Position numbers and translations under genes: made by a program. This document shows positions 1-10,794 of a stretch of 34,330 nucleotides of DNA, in pieces. Below the pieces are notes generated by a model. It was not told the origin of the DNA, did no database searches, and saw only the letters and a program-made list of their open reading frames with translations. The DNA comes from Hydrurus foetidus (Eukaryota). Within the stretch, counting starts at the first letter, position 1; the number at the start of each line of letters is the position of its first letter. The stretch covers positions 1-34,330 of the forward strand of contig UYFQ01000672.1 of NCBI GenBank assembly GCA_900617105.1, in the 5' to 3' direction.

Positions 1-623
1 ATCATGGCAACGTTGGTCTTGAGAGCTACAATGCCGACTGCTCGCTCAGCGATGCCGTTGGCATGTTTGTCACGAGGTGCAGTGTGCTCAAGTCGGTATC
101 GGTATCGGGCGCAAAGCGCAGTAAATTCTTCAGAGCGGTAGTTGGCCTCTGGGTCATGCCGGATGAAGCGATCAACCCCAGGGGTATTGTGGTTCCATTG
201 GGGGGTTAGGTCGAAGAAGGCTGCAATGCGGGCACAGAGTTCAGAGGCGGACCGGTCTTTTGTATATACAGGATAGTATTGTCCCGACGCGAGGTCGGTG
301 AGGATGTGAGTGTAACGGTAGTTACGGAATGATGGAGTCGAGTGGGTATAGGCATCCAAGGAGAACTGCTGGCCGACGAGGGTAGTTGTGTCTCTGTGGA
401 TGCGACGATAGTCTGTGGATGCTTGACGCATTGCGCCATGGGCACATCCAGGACAGACCAGACGGGAGGTGTGTGCATCTTTGGTGGTGAAGCGAGCATT
501 GAGGGAATGATCGCGGTGCCATGCCATGCCTGGAAGACCGGGGTGGCCTGTGGCTTGATGCACGTGGTCGTACAGTGAAGCGGGAGTATAGTGTGTGACC
601 AAAAGACTCTCCCGAGTGGTCGG
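1..623 (-). CDS. Copia-1 integrase (zinc-binding region and D,D35E core), partial; not shown in the ORF track
   Basis: Manual translation in the same frame as ORF 624..3419, past the TGA: HQATGH...CPGC zinc motif, FSLDAY, IRHDPEANY, then 35 residues to ANGIAERAVG; open to the window edge. Confidence 0.9.
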
Positions 624-3346
624 TCAGTAGGGAGTCTCCACGTAGAGGCCGTCTTGGACGGTTCCACGGGTGACCTCCTTTCCATGCTGAGCTACCAGTG
701 CAATGTAGGGAAGGGCTGATGCAGTCTCATAAAAGCGGAAGTCTTTATGAGTGAAGATGCCGATGAAGTGGTCGTTGGTGACACCGCCAGCGCAGAACTG
801 GGAGACAGAGACAAGGGTGCTGTCGCCTAGTGCAGGGAGAAGGAGGGTGCTAAGCTCCAACGGTCCGAGGCTGCCTTGGTGTGTTGGTGTCATGGACGGA
901 CCGAATGCAGGGGTGACTGTGACGGATGTGCTGACAGGTTCAATGCTGGTAAGACGTTGGGAGCGGCCGGTGCCAGAGCGAGAAGCACCAGAGTCGAAGA
1001 TGACCTTGTCGGGGACGTGGAACGAGTTGAGTCTCTCATGTTGAGACTTGACGACGGATGCGTTGAGCTTGGAGTCGGAGGTACCGCCGGATGGTGCAGG
1101 AGGGCGAGCTGATGCAAGCGGAGGGCGAGTACTGTTGAAGGCATGGCGGACATTTGTCGAGCGTTGAGATCCGACTGGTGGAGTCATTCGGTGGCGCTGG
1201 GCACGAGGCATAGTGAAAGGCGAGTCGGATGCAAGTGGTTGCGCGGCTTGCCAACGTTTGAGTGACCCGGTAAGAGGGTCAGAGGGTGTCGATGGAACAG
1301 GTGGTAGCGGAGTATTGAACTCCGGAAGCGTAGGGGGAATCGATGTTGACGGTGAGGCGGAAGAGGATGATGACGAAGACGAGGAGGTGTCTTGACGCTT
1401 AGTGTCTCCTTGAGCCGGGGCGTTCTGGAATGCGATGCCGCGCTTCCTGGCGTTGTACCGCTGAAGTTCCATGGATGCGTCCGGTGGTACCCATGGGGAT
1501 GCGTCGGATGGAGGGACCATGAGACGTGTGACGGCTCCATGTAGGTAGTTAACATAAGAGAGGGCGCATCGAGTACCACTGATGTTATGGGTTGGACAGG
1601 ACATGTTGTACGGGAGAAAACAGATGGAGTCTTGGACAGAGGACTCAGAATCACTCTCGTAGTTCCGCAAAGTGTATCGTTTACGTATGTTCTGTGGGGC
1701 AGTAGATACTGCGAGGTCCCTGGCGAGAGATACTGTGCGGTAATGTGACTCAGTGGGCTCAACAGGATCGGGTCCGACGAAGAGGCTGTTGGGTGTAACA
1801 TGAAATGCGTCGGGTAGGACATGCTGGATTACGACTCGAATGGCTTGGATGAATGACTCGTTCGATCCAGTTCGTGTCATAAGACCGTCAACGTGTGCAT
1901 CAACTTCCGTGAGCATGAGTATGCGAAGAGTGGGAATGTTGTGCCAGGAGTTGCCGGGTGCATTGGCATATCGGGCAAGCTGTGCTGCGACCCAGGAGGC
2001 ACAGTCGTAGATGAGGACACTTTCAAATATGGCCATGTGGTCTGGACTGATCTGGTCGTCGAGGTACAGAGCAGTGTGGACGAGGAAGTAGAAGAAAATG
2101 TTCCCGACTGTGGACTGATAGGTGGAGATGTCTTCAATCAAGGTTGGATTGAAGGTGCGGTAGTGCCCTGGGTCATACTCAAGATTGGGTGGAGTCGGCG
2201 GCTCAGTGTTGGCGAGCAGCAGGTTGCGAGCAATCTTGTGGATGAGGTTCATATACCGAGAGTATCCGTCTCTGACATCAGCGCGGCAGTTGCTGAGGGT
2301 GGTTGGGGATACCCAGCCGAAAATAGCGAGGTAGATATGAGGTGCCGGTGTAGGAGATCCAGGCAAGGCGGGACGATCCACATAGATGATGAAGTCATTT
2401 GCTGAGAGGGGCTGCTGATGAATGCGGTGGTGGACCACAGTGTAGTACTGAAGGATGTACGTGGAGCATTGTCGGCAGATACCCTGGAAGACAGTGGAGG
2501 AGGTGACTTCGTCATTGGTGAGGAAGGCCCAGGTACGTGTGAAGGCATCGACTTCTTCTTGCATGGGGGTCCCATATGTTGGCGAAGAGATGTTCTGATG
2601 GCGCGGTGTGTCCCATGCTGTAGCATTCTCTGGTGCGACAGGAGTCGGGGGGGTACCCAGGACTACTGGGGTAGATGCTGGTTGAGTATGTTCGGAACTT
2701 ACGTACGGTCGGAGCATTAAGGGAGATGCGACATTAGAAGATGGACGAGTTGGAGATCGCAGTGGTGAGTGTTCTGATGGAGAGAGTCCTGGTGGAAGTG
2801 CTAACTCGAGAGGAGGATGAGACGGTGTATCCGGAGGAGGTGCTGGGTCAGTGTCGGTGACTCGGAACATATTGAGGGAGAAGCGCACATACCCGGAGGG
2901 TTCGGCGTTATCCAAAAGCGTGTTGTTCTGCCATCCGTCCTCAGGGTTGATGTTGGGTCCGTCGGTAAGAAGCTTCATGGGGATGTTGCTCTTGAGGTAA
3001 GGGACACGGCCATCGATACTCGTCACTGGGAAGGTCTGCTTGGGGGGATACTTGCCCTTGGCTTTGGTCCGGTTCTTGTCCGTGACTAGAGCGGATCCAG
3101 GTGGAGCAGAAGGGTGAGTTTTGCCAGAGGGAGGTGTCGCTGCCGGTGGCTTAGCAGGAGCATGATAGTATTTGCACTTGTTACCAGGAAGGCAGGTACC
3201 AGCGAGGAACTTGCGGCAGGCTTCAGGGGTAGTGGACAAGGCAGCTATCTTGACCGGCTTGTCTTGTAGGAGGGCATATTCAGAATATACAACAGCTCTC
3301 TCCAAAGTCTGGTGATACGTGAGCATGTTGCTATGGCAGGACATAA
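624..3346 (-). CDS. Copia-1 polyprotein middle part: gag C-terminus, CCCH zinc finger, long insert, aspartic protease
   Basis: CRKFLAGTCLPGNKCKYYH (C-x7-C-x5-C-x3-H); VIFDSGASRSG protease motif; LVSVSQF and DGLY motifs typical of the Copia PR to pre-integrase region. Confidence 0.85.
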
Positions 3347-4546
3347 GGCCAGTTCTTATGGTGAACGAGTTTACACCACCGAAAAGTATACCATTTTTGA
3401 AAAGTACGCCTCGGTGCATACTTCATAAACTTTTGTTGTTTTCGACTGTTGTGGCACTTTCGATAACATGACGAAGAGTACCATTACTTCTCGAAATACT
3501 CTGCACATAGTTACACAGCACACCTAGAACTTCATCAATAAACCATCAAACGGATCACTCTCTGTCGAGCTGAGTATGTGGGACACATCACCTGTAGATC
3601 AGGCTGATGAGTACGGGAGAAATCTGCTCGCAAAAAGAGATTTACCGACGTGGAAAAGTTCAACCTCTTGAGAGGAATATCGATTACGGTTGCAGGCATC
3701 AAGGCAAACGGGAAATTCCGTACATCAAGAGAAGAACTTGAGAACCTAATCCTTGGTTATTATCATGAACGACTCGTGTTGGACTTGGACAAACATTCTG
3801 CTGGTATTGCTGCTAATTTGATAGTCGATATCATGAAAAAACGCGTTCCCGGTGCAAGCAAGAAGTTGTCGAAAAGGAAAGAGGAAGCAATTGAGAAAGC
3901 AGAAATCAAAGCTGCTAAGAAAAATATTGCTGCAGCTGATCTTGAGAATTTCACTGGCCTGGGATGCTACGAGTTATTCCAAGAGATTAAGTACGAGGCG
4001 AATAACACTTTCAATCCAATTTGGGTTAAGTTGTTGAACAAGGATGGTAGTATCCCATCAGGGGTACAGCTCAATGACTTATTGGACAAAGTTAGAGAGG
4101 AGGCCTTCTCAGTGAAGGATGAATAGAGGAGAGTATATCTCGTTGCTACTCGGAAACGGACGGCATACAAGAAATCACTAAAGATTGAAGCATCGGCAGC
4201 AACTGAGAATGAGACTAAAAACGAGATCGGAGAAGAGAAGACGGTAGGTCAAGCACTTTCGTTGCACTGTGCAGTTAGACTCATCATCGCAGTAAGTACT
4301 CTTTTCATGTAACATTTTCGAAGGAGGAACAAAATCCGGAGGAAGACCTCCGTCAATTCGCCGAGCAATGTGCGAAAAATGCCCGAGGACTTCTTGCCAA
4401 CTCACTTCCTGTCGTGGCTTGCAAACGGTCCAGCTGCAGATGATCAGCATCCGCTGTGGCTGCCTGATACTGGTCTAGCTGTGATGAAGCAGAAAGTAGA
4501 CGTATTGGATTGTCCAGCGTCCTCAACATCACTGGGGAGAACATCA

Positions 4547-7416
4547 CAAGTACGGGTCAGATGTACTGTACAGGTCAGATGTGCTGTTCAACATTTACCT
4601 GTAAAGTCTTGCAACACCGACTATCTCCAGAATATATAGCAATTTACCAGGCCCTTGAACGGCAAAAGTGAATCGGCACGATTGTAGCTGTGGTCACTGC
4701 CGTTAGAGCCATGCAACCTCAAATTCGGTACGACATCCTCCTAATTTTTAGGAATTTTGAATCCTCAAAAATGCCTGACCATTCGGCGCACGTCATATGA
4801 ATCAACAGTGACTTCCCTCTTGCACGTAGCATCAATTAAAAGTTGTCTCATGTACCATCATGTCTGATTATGCAGGTTGTTGGCCAACAGGTTTCTCCGT
4901 CAGTTGTGCGATGTCGTGGATGACATGCTCCACAGCACAGTAGAAAGTCTTCACTAGGAAGCTGGTAGCTTCGGCACCAAAATAGCCAGAATTAGATAGT
5001 AAACTGTTCTATATTACGAGCGTTGCGTACGAAAAGGATATGCAGGTAACATAAAACATTCATTCGATAGTTTGAATGCGCGTAAGCTACTTTTCGCAGA
5101 CAGTCTGATGAAGTTCTGACATTATCACACAATCAGGTTGGGTGCAGAATAGATTGCGACATTTCTTCTTTCTGCACCCAGTCCAAGCCTTCCTAGCATT
5201 TTTGTCACCTCTGGAAGCGCATGTGGGGTTGCTGCACTTGATGCCAGCTGGTTGAGCTGGTAATAGTGCAGCTACTGCTGCAGCTGGAGATCCATCGATG
5301 GGTGAGTCTCTCATAGCTACCCTAGCGTCATCCTCAGCAGCCTCAACAGGATTATTAATTCTCCACTCTTTCTCCATTGTGGCATTATCCTTTCTAATTC
5401 CTTCCATCTCTGCTTCTGCTTCTTTTATCGACTGCGCCGTCATGAACTCGGGGTTATTTATCCACAAACATCGTCCGTGATTGATGGCGCAGTCGTCCGA
5501 TTTCCTAGAGCTGTCATCGAATTCCAGGAGGTGGCCAATTTCTCTCTCGATTTCGGAATCGAATAGGCGTCCTTTCTTGGCAAGCAGAGTTAACTCAGGT
5601 ATCTTCCCCAGCACTTCGATTGCAACAGTAGATTTTAATTTTGACCATCCTGACCACCCAGACATGATCGCATTGTTGTCTATTGGCCAAATGCCTGACT
5701 TCCTGTATCCGTCGATCACAACATCAGGAGCACAAGACTTCACCAGGCAGTCAGGAAGGGGGCAAAGCGCCCTCCAGTACGTGCGGAAACTGGCAGGATC
5801 GAGGCTGCTACGGAGCAAGATCTCTCGGGATCATTACTTTGGGGACACGGAATTCTTCCTCGCACAGGTACTTATTCGACTTGTAGTATGCATGAATGTT
5901 GCAATGCATGCGACCCACATCATTGGGCTGTTGTACCATTGTTGACGCAGCCGCGAATTTGAATGCCTCGCAGTTTAAGTTGATCAAATCTGGCTTCAAA
6001 TTTGTAGTCATTGCATGCATCTGCTCCCAGCATCCATCAATTGTAAGATATATTTTCGACTTCTTTACCAACTCCGCATTCAATTGAGCATCATCATCGT
6101 CTTGCTCCGCAGGGAAATCAGGAGGGGTGAAGGTTTCGCGGAAGTGGTGGGTGGACCGGACATGCGCCAAGAGTCTGTCTCGATACTTGCTCGCGACAGG
6201 TATGACTACCCGGCGCCACAACTTTGTCATCAGCATTGTTCCATCATACCCCGTTGGTATGAGAAAGCAGTAGATAGTGTCTGTTATCTAAAGCAGTTGC
6301 ATGAATGTGATGTTAGAATGTCTCTATCATAAGGTGTCATAAATTCGAGATCTGTTTTACCTTGTAAGACTTCAGCTCTGTAAAGTTGTCGTCTTTGATC
6401 ATCGCGATAACACACTCGATTTCGCCCTCAGCGTTTATATCTGTGATTAGAGAGATTTGTCATGATCAGTGTGTTCATTTTTGACGTGTAAATTATAATA
6501 AAACTTACTGATTCCGAGTTTGAGAGTCCTACGCTTTCCTTGATTTCTGGTGGTTGCCGGAGTTAGATTTCTCTTCCGTAGTGTTTTAGCACCTATAGCA
6601 GTCATGAGGAGTTTAACCTTCTTGCCGAAGCCATTCAGCTCTACGCTGAGCTCGTCCCAGCTATGAATCTGCCGTCCATCATCAGCACCGTCGGCAACAG
6701 CATTCCAAGTGGCTGCACAAGAAAGAGCATTTCGTGGATCAAGCAAGGCCCTCTGCCTGCTTGTATTCTGGACGCCTCCTCTCCTAATGCGGACTGGCGC
6801 CACTCTGCGCACTGCTCTCTTGTATGTGCTGTCGCTCACTACCGGTGGACATGACAGTGAATTGGATCCTGATTCATCCTGCTCACTTCTCCGAAGCTGA
6901 TCGATGCTCCTCAAAATCTCATGACTGGATGTCGCAGAATCTTTAGAAAGATCTTTGACCTCTGCAATGCCTTGTGCGTTGCTGATGACATCATCGGAGA
7001 TGATCGGTCTGCGACCCATCTTTTGGCGTTTTCGAGGACCATGCTCACGTTCATCCAAGAATCTGTGATACATGAAACGATCAGCCAATTATCTTCCATA
7101 CAAGATAAAGGACTTTGACAGACCTTTTCACTTTTCGCCGGGCAACATCACATAGTTTTGATGCCTTATTGAGAGTTATGTGACCTTCATCAAATAGAGC
7201 TACTGCGTTTTCAACTTTCGTTGCATCTGACAACGGAGGCTGAGGTGCCGATCTAGTAGAAGTCGGCATGATTCCTGTGAAGTTTCAATGAGTTCTATCG
7301 AGAGCTCGTTGAGATTATGGTGTCTATACAACTGCTACATGGAAAGTGTTGCAAGACTTTACAGGTAAATGTTGTACAGCACATCTGACCTGTACAGTAC
7401 ATCTGACCCGTACTTG
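4547..7416 (-). mobile_element. pogo-like (Tc1/mariner superfamily) DNA transposon, 2870 bp
   Basis: 71-bp TIRs at 4547-4617 and 7346-7416 (1 mismatch), each with an internal GGTCAGATGT direct repeat; ATCA on both flanks (4543-4546, 7417-7420). Confidence 0.9.
5087..7269 (-). pseudogene. pogo/DDE_1-like transposase, intron-containing and frameshifted
   Basis: N-terminal psq-like HTH (AVALFDEGHITLNKASKLCDVARRKVKR); IHSWDE; YLTIDG-x-QQPNDVG with 38 residues between the two Asp; GYRKSGIWP; C-terminal Cys/His cluster; GT-AG introns near 7100, 6450-6505 and 6290-6360; frameshift near 5815. Confidence 0.8.
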
Positions 7417-7874
7417 ATCAGCGTACAGCAGGAAGACACAGAGGTCGGATAAAACCTCCAATTCGTCGGCACTTGATTTGACTCAAGGTGACGAGGTGTC
7501 AAACGATTTACTAAGAGAGAGTGTGATAAACTCTTCTCAGATAATTTCGTTACTGAAGGGAGCAACTGATCCAGATCGTCAGACAATTGATGCGTTAGTG
7601 CTCAATGCCCACAGAATGTACGAGTTGAACAGTAATGCGGCAAATAGGAGTGATAACATCAAAGCCCTACAGAGACAGAAGAATATCTTAGAGCAACGAT
7701 CTGCCAGCTTCTCGGTTGTAAAGGAGGAGGCTCAAGAGTTTGATGACATTCATCTTCATGACGACTTCATTGATGATAGTTTATTTGATGGTAAGCATAG
7801 CCTCGACGATTCCTTCAGTCATGAGTCTTACGAGAAGAAAACTCCTCTTAAACTTGAAGTAAAATTGCTTTTAT

Positions 7875-9077
7875 TTAAATCCACTCAACCAAACTGTTAT
7901 CAGAGCTGTAAATGTAATGATCAATTAGTTTCTTTCTGAAGTCAACGTAAGATGCGTCTTCTAAATCTGCTATATCCTCAACAACTACTCTGCGTATGTT
8001 TTCTGCTACGAGCACCACATCAGCTGTAACTAATCTACCTCGCATCCTTAAACGCTCTCTACTTTCACGGATGTCAATATCGTCCTCATCTTCAGGAGTT
8101 TCCCAAGTGGCAGGATCTTTCCATGCTATGTCCAAACCATCATGCACCAAATTCATATTGTGCAAAATTGAAGAAGCTACGAAAACATTGTCTACTTCAT
8201 GTTGATGATGAAATAAAATGTTCGACTGCAATATGCGAAATCGGGCTTTCAGTCTACCAAAATAACATTCAACATCCTTTCTAACACTTTCTAACCTACT
8301 CGACCAGCGCAGTTCACTCTGGTTCGTGCAAAACTTGATAGGGCATTGCATGATCCTCCACTTGGCATAACCATTGTCAGTGATCAGGTACGGACTCCTC
8401 ACTAACCACTCCGTTCCATCGGCCTTTCAGAGGTAGGTTTCATTGAAGTGAAGGGGTTAAATGATATGACAGTCGAGGTATGGTATGGAGGCAGAGGTAC
8501 TTGCCTTGAACAATTTGTATTCCACATCTTGCAATATCTTGATATCTTTGAGATCCATGACTAGTTTGTCTGTCCTCACAATCGTCTTGTCATTCCTCGA
8601 ACCTGGATGACCAGCTGAGATATGTAAACATCGCCCAGAATGGTTTACAGTAACTTCGTAAGCTACTGTAGCCTTTTTCTCCTTTCCCGAGTACGAGTTT
8701 TGAAAGAGTGCTGGACAGCGAAACCATCTAACGTGTGTGCAATCCACGCTACTAATTGCATCAGGGAAGCCTAATCGTGCACACACCGCTAAATTATTTA
8801 CAGCCTCAGCTGCAGTAGTCGGGTAATAGATCCATCGAGCTCTAAATACAGTAACAAACTTCTCCCAGAATTTGTGATAGAACAGCTGCATCGTCGAAAT
8901 CGACATTCCACTCAATTCTGCAATGGCATCGAACGAACAGCCTTTGGCTGACATCCGGAGAGCTCCCAGCACTTTCAGCTCAAAAAAGACTCCGTCTGTA
9001 CCCACGCAATCATTGGTCGATAGTGTATAGTTTTGCTCTCTCGGCAGCTGCAAAGTAAATGCGATATACTCTGACAA
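7875..9077 (-). CDS. Harbinger DDE transposase (DDE_Tnp_4-like), two exons, N-terminus probably degraded
   Basis: SSVDCTH, GSRNDKTIV, YLITDNGY, RKDVECYFGRLKARFRIL, ILHNM motifs; the two ORFs join in frame across a putative 81-nt GC-AG intron at 8424-8504. Confidence 0.9.
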
Positions 9078-9213
9078 ATCAGAGGATCAATAGTATGCAT
9101 CCCTAACTTCGACATAGTAAACCATAGTGAACGGAGTTTTCCATGGTTTCCAGAAAGTATACCTCGGTGTATACTTTTTGAGGTAAACTCGGCTGCCATA
9201 AGAACTGGCCTAA

Positions 9214-10140
9214 AGTAGGATTCGGTGTTGGGGCGGTGGTCATTCATGAAGGCGTTGTGAAGGAATTGAAGGCGCTCCTGCTCAGTGCTCGGTCTGGCCT
9301 GGGCGTACTCGAATTCTGTCATTAATGTTGTAAACTTCACTAAATCCTCTTGAAAACAAGTAGCCGTAGAGCCCTTGAAGTTTTGTAGAAGCCGCCGGAG
9401 TCGGTTGATGTCTGCTTCAGTATGTCCATAGTAGTGCTTGTGCATACGTTTATAAATAGCGATCCCATCGCGAGAAGTGAAGGAGTCGGCACAGAGATAG
9501 TGGGTAGACTCGTTGAAAGCGTTTAACATGACGTTGTATAAACGTTTCTTGTCGTGGGCCCACCGTGTGACATCGTCGGCAGGGACATAGTTGAATGTTC
9601 CATCAAGATTCTCCGACGTGGTAGGCTCCGAATATCCTGATGGGTTTTGCCTCGTTGGAATTGGCTCGCGACGCGTGCCTATCGCCATTGGGTAGAGTCC
9701 AACGTCGTGGAGCATGTTGTCGAGAGCCTTGAAGCGCTTGTTGGATCCCACAGTCGTTGTGGAGATCTGATTCTGCTTGATGCTATCCATTTCGGAAGAG
9801 GTCGTCAGAACGAGATCGAGTTTTAGCCGTTTGAGCTCCAAAACGGATTCAAAAGCGACATTATATGAAAACCTACTTGCTGAAACTTCTGCCGAAGTTT
9901 GGCGCAGTGGCGTGACTTCCTCTGCATGGGAGCCTCGTCGAGGTCGGTTTGGTGTGGAGACATTTGGCCGATTTGCCGTCGAGCTGGTGACCAAATTTTG
10001 AGTTTGGGCTCTTATGGCCTCGGCGACACAATGGCGCAGTGGCGTGACTTCCTCTGCATGGGAGCCTCGTCGAGGTCTGCAAGGGTCATGGAGAGCATGC
10101 GCAGCAGCTGGGCTCGGCTGGAAGTCTCTAGCCCAGTTTG
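9214..10140 (-). CDS. Copia-1 gag N-terminal part
   Basis: ORF 8975..9994 frame, open upstream to about 10140; gag-like RDGIAIYKRMHKHYYG; continues in frame at 3346 once the Harbinger is removed. Confidence 0.8.
9900..10077 (+). repeat. About 46-bp direct repeat within the Copia-1 gag 5' region
   Basis: TGGCGCAGTGGCGTGACTTCCTCTGCATGGGAGCCTCGTCGAGGTC at about 9900-9945 and 10032-10077. Confidence 0.9.
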
Positions 10141-10275
10141 GTCATGATATTCATCGTTGATTTGGTCTGTGTTGTCGGACGATCGTAGCATCATGGCCGA
10201 CTTGAGATATCTGTTGTGATGAGATACCGTTGATATATTGATACTATATCGATGATTGCTGAACTTTCTATGCAA

Positions 10276-10284
10276 TCGCTACCA
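10276..10284 (-). promoter_or_regulatory. Putative primer-binding site (initiator tRNA-Met type) of Copia-1
   Basis: Minus strand ...CTCACA|TGGTAGCGA directly after the LTR-terminal CA; the first 8 nt match the Ty1-type iMet PBS TGGTAGCG. Confidence 0.65.
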
Positions 10285-10794
10285 TGTGAGTCAGACTGTG
10301 GAGTGAAGCGAGCTCCCTGTTGGCTGCGGAAGCGCAAAGGAAAGACTGGCTGATGGAAGTGGTCTCGGAAGACGTGTTTACTTACAACGATCAAGTAGTA
10401 AAACAACTGGCGATGATATCAGAGAAGACAACCATCAAAGAAGCAAAGCAAAGCATCCATTGTGCATGAAATGGTGATCGCCGAAGTAGAAATATATTCA
10501 GCGAATATTCAAGTTGGCGATTGAGCAATGGGCGGAACCCTCGCTGCTCATGAAATCGGATGCTTGGTGGAAACCGGATACCTGGTGGAAAGCCAGATGC
10601 TTAGTGGTGAAAAACCGGATGCTTGGTGATGGCCCCGAAGGGGGATATCGCTAGAAGAACGATGAGCGTATGTACACAATAGTGTATGGGGGTGTTTTGG
10701 GTGAGGAAGCGCTACACTACTTGTGACATGTGAATGCTAATCTACAGATGAAACTATGCTAATAGATCATGCATGAATATGCTGGACTGACACA
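10285..10794 (-). repeat. Putative 5' LTR of Copia-1 (about 510 bp)
   Basis: TGTG...CACA termini; adjacent PBS; internal short repeats CGGATGCTTGGTG at about 10557-10630; partner LTR is outside the window, so the right boundary is inferred. Confidence 0.6.

Larger units (their letters stand above)
3650..7939 (+). pseudogene. Probable Harbinger accessory ORF (position of the Myb/SANT-like gene), with an in-frame TAG at 4124-4126 and split by the pogo-like insertion
   Basis: ORF pieces 3650-4126, about 4320-4546 and 7421-7939 lie inside the TIRs, convergent with the transposase; the last two join in frame when 4547-7420 is removed. A Myb motif is not clearly recognisable by eye. Confidence 0.6.
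3347..9210. mobile_element. PIF/Harbinger DNA transposon (5864 bp including the nested pogo-like element)
   Basis: TIR GGCCAGTTCTTATGG at 3347-3361 and its reverse complement at 9196-9210; TAA TSD at 3344-3346 and 9211-9213; contains a Harbinger DDE transposase and a convergent second ORF. Confidence 0.95.
1..10794 (-). mobile_element. Ty1/Copia LTR retrotransposon (Copia-1), interrupted by a Harbinger element; 3' part (rest of IN, RT, RH) lies left of the window
   Basis: Minus-strand order LTR-PBS-gag-CCCH finger-protease-integrase (Copia order). Removing 3347-9213 rejoins gag in frame: ...HRPNTESYF|MSCHSNMLTY... Confidence 0.88.

Noticed and set aside
751..3089. Several plus-strand ORFs of 60-170 aa
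   Set aside because: Antisense shadows of the GC-rich Copia polyprotein with no recognisable motifs.
3347..3419. N-terminus MHRGVLFKNG... of the 931-aa ORF as a real start
   Set aside because: It is read-through from the Harbinger terminal sequence; the real upstream gag is at 9214 and above.
8975..9213. C-terminal tail of the 339-aa ORF as a gag-transposase fusion
   Set aside because: Chance read-through into the Harbinger end, out of frame with the transposase.
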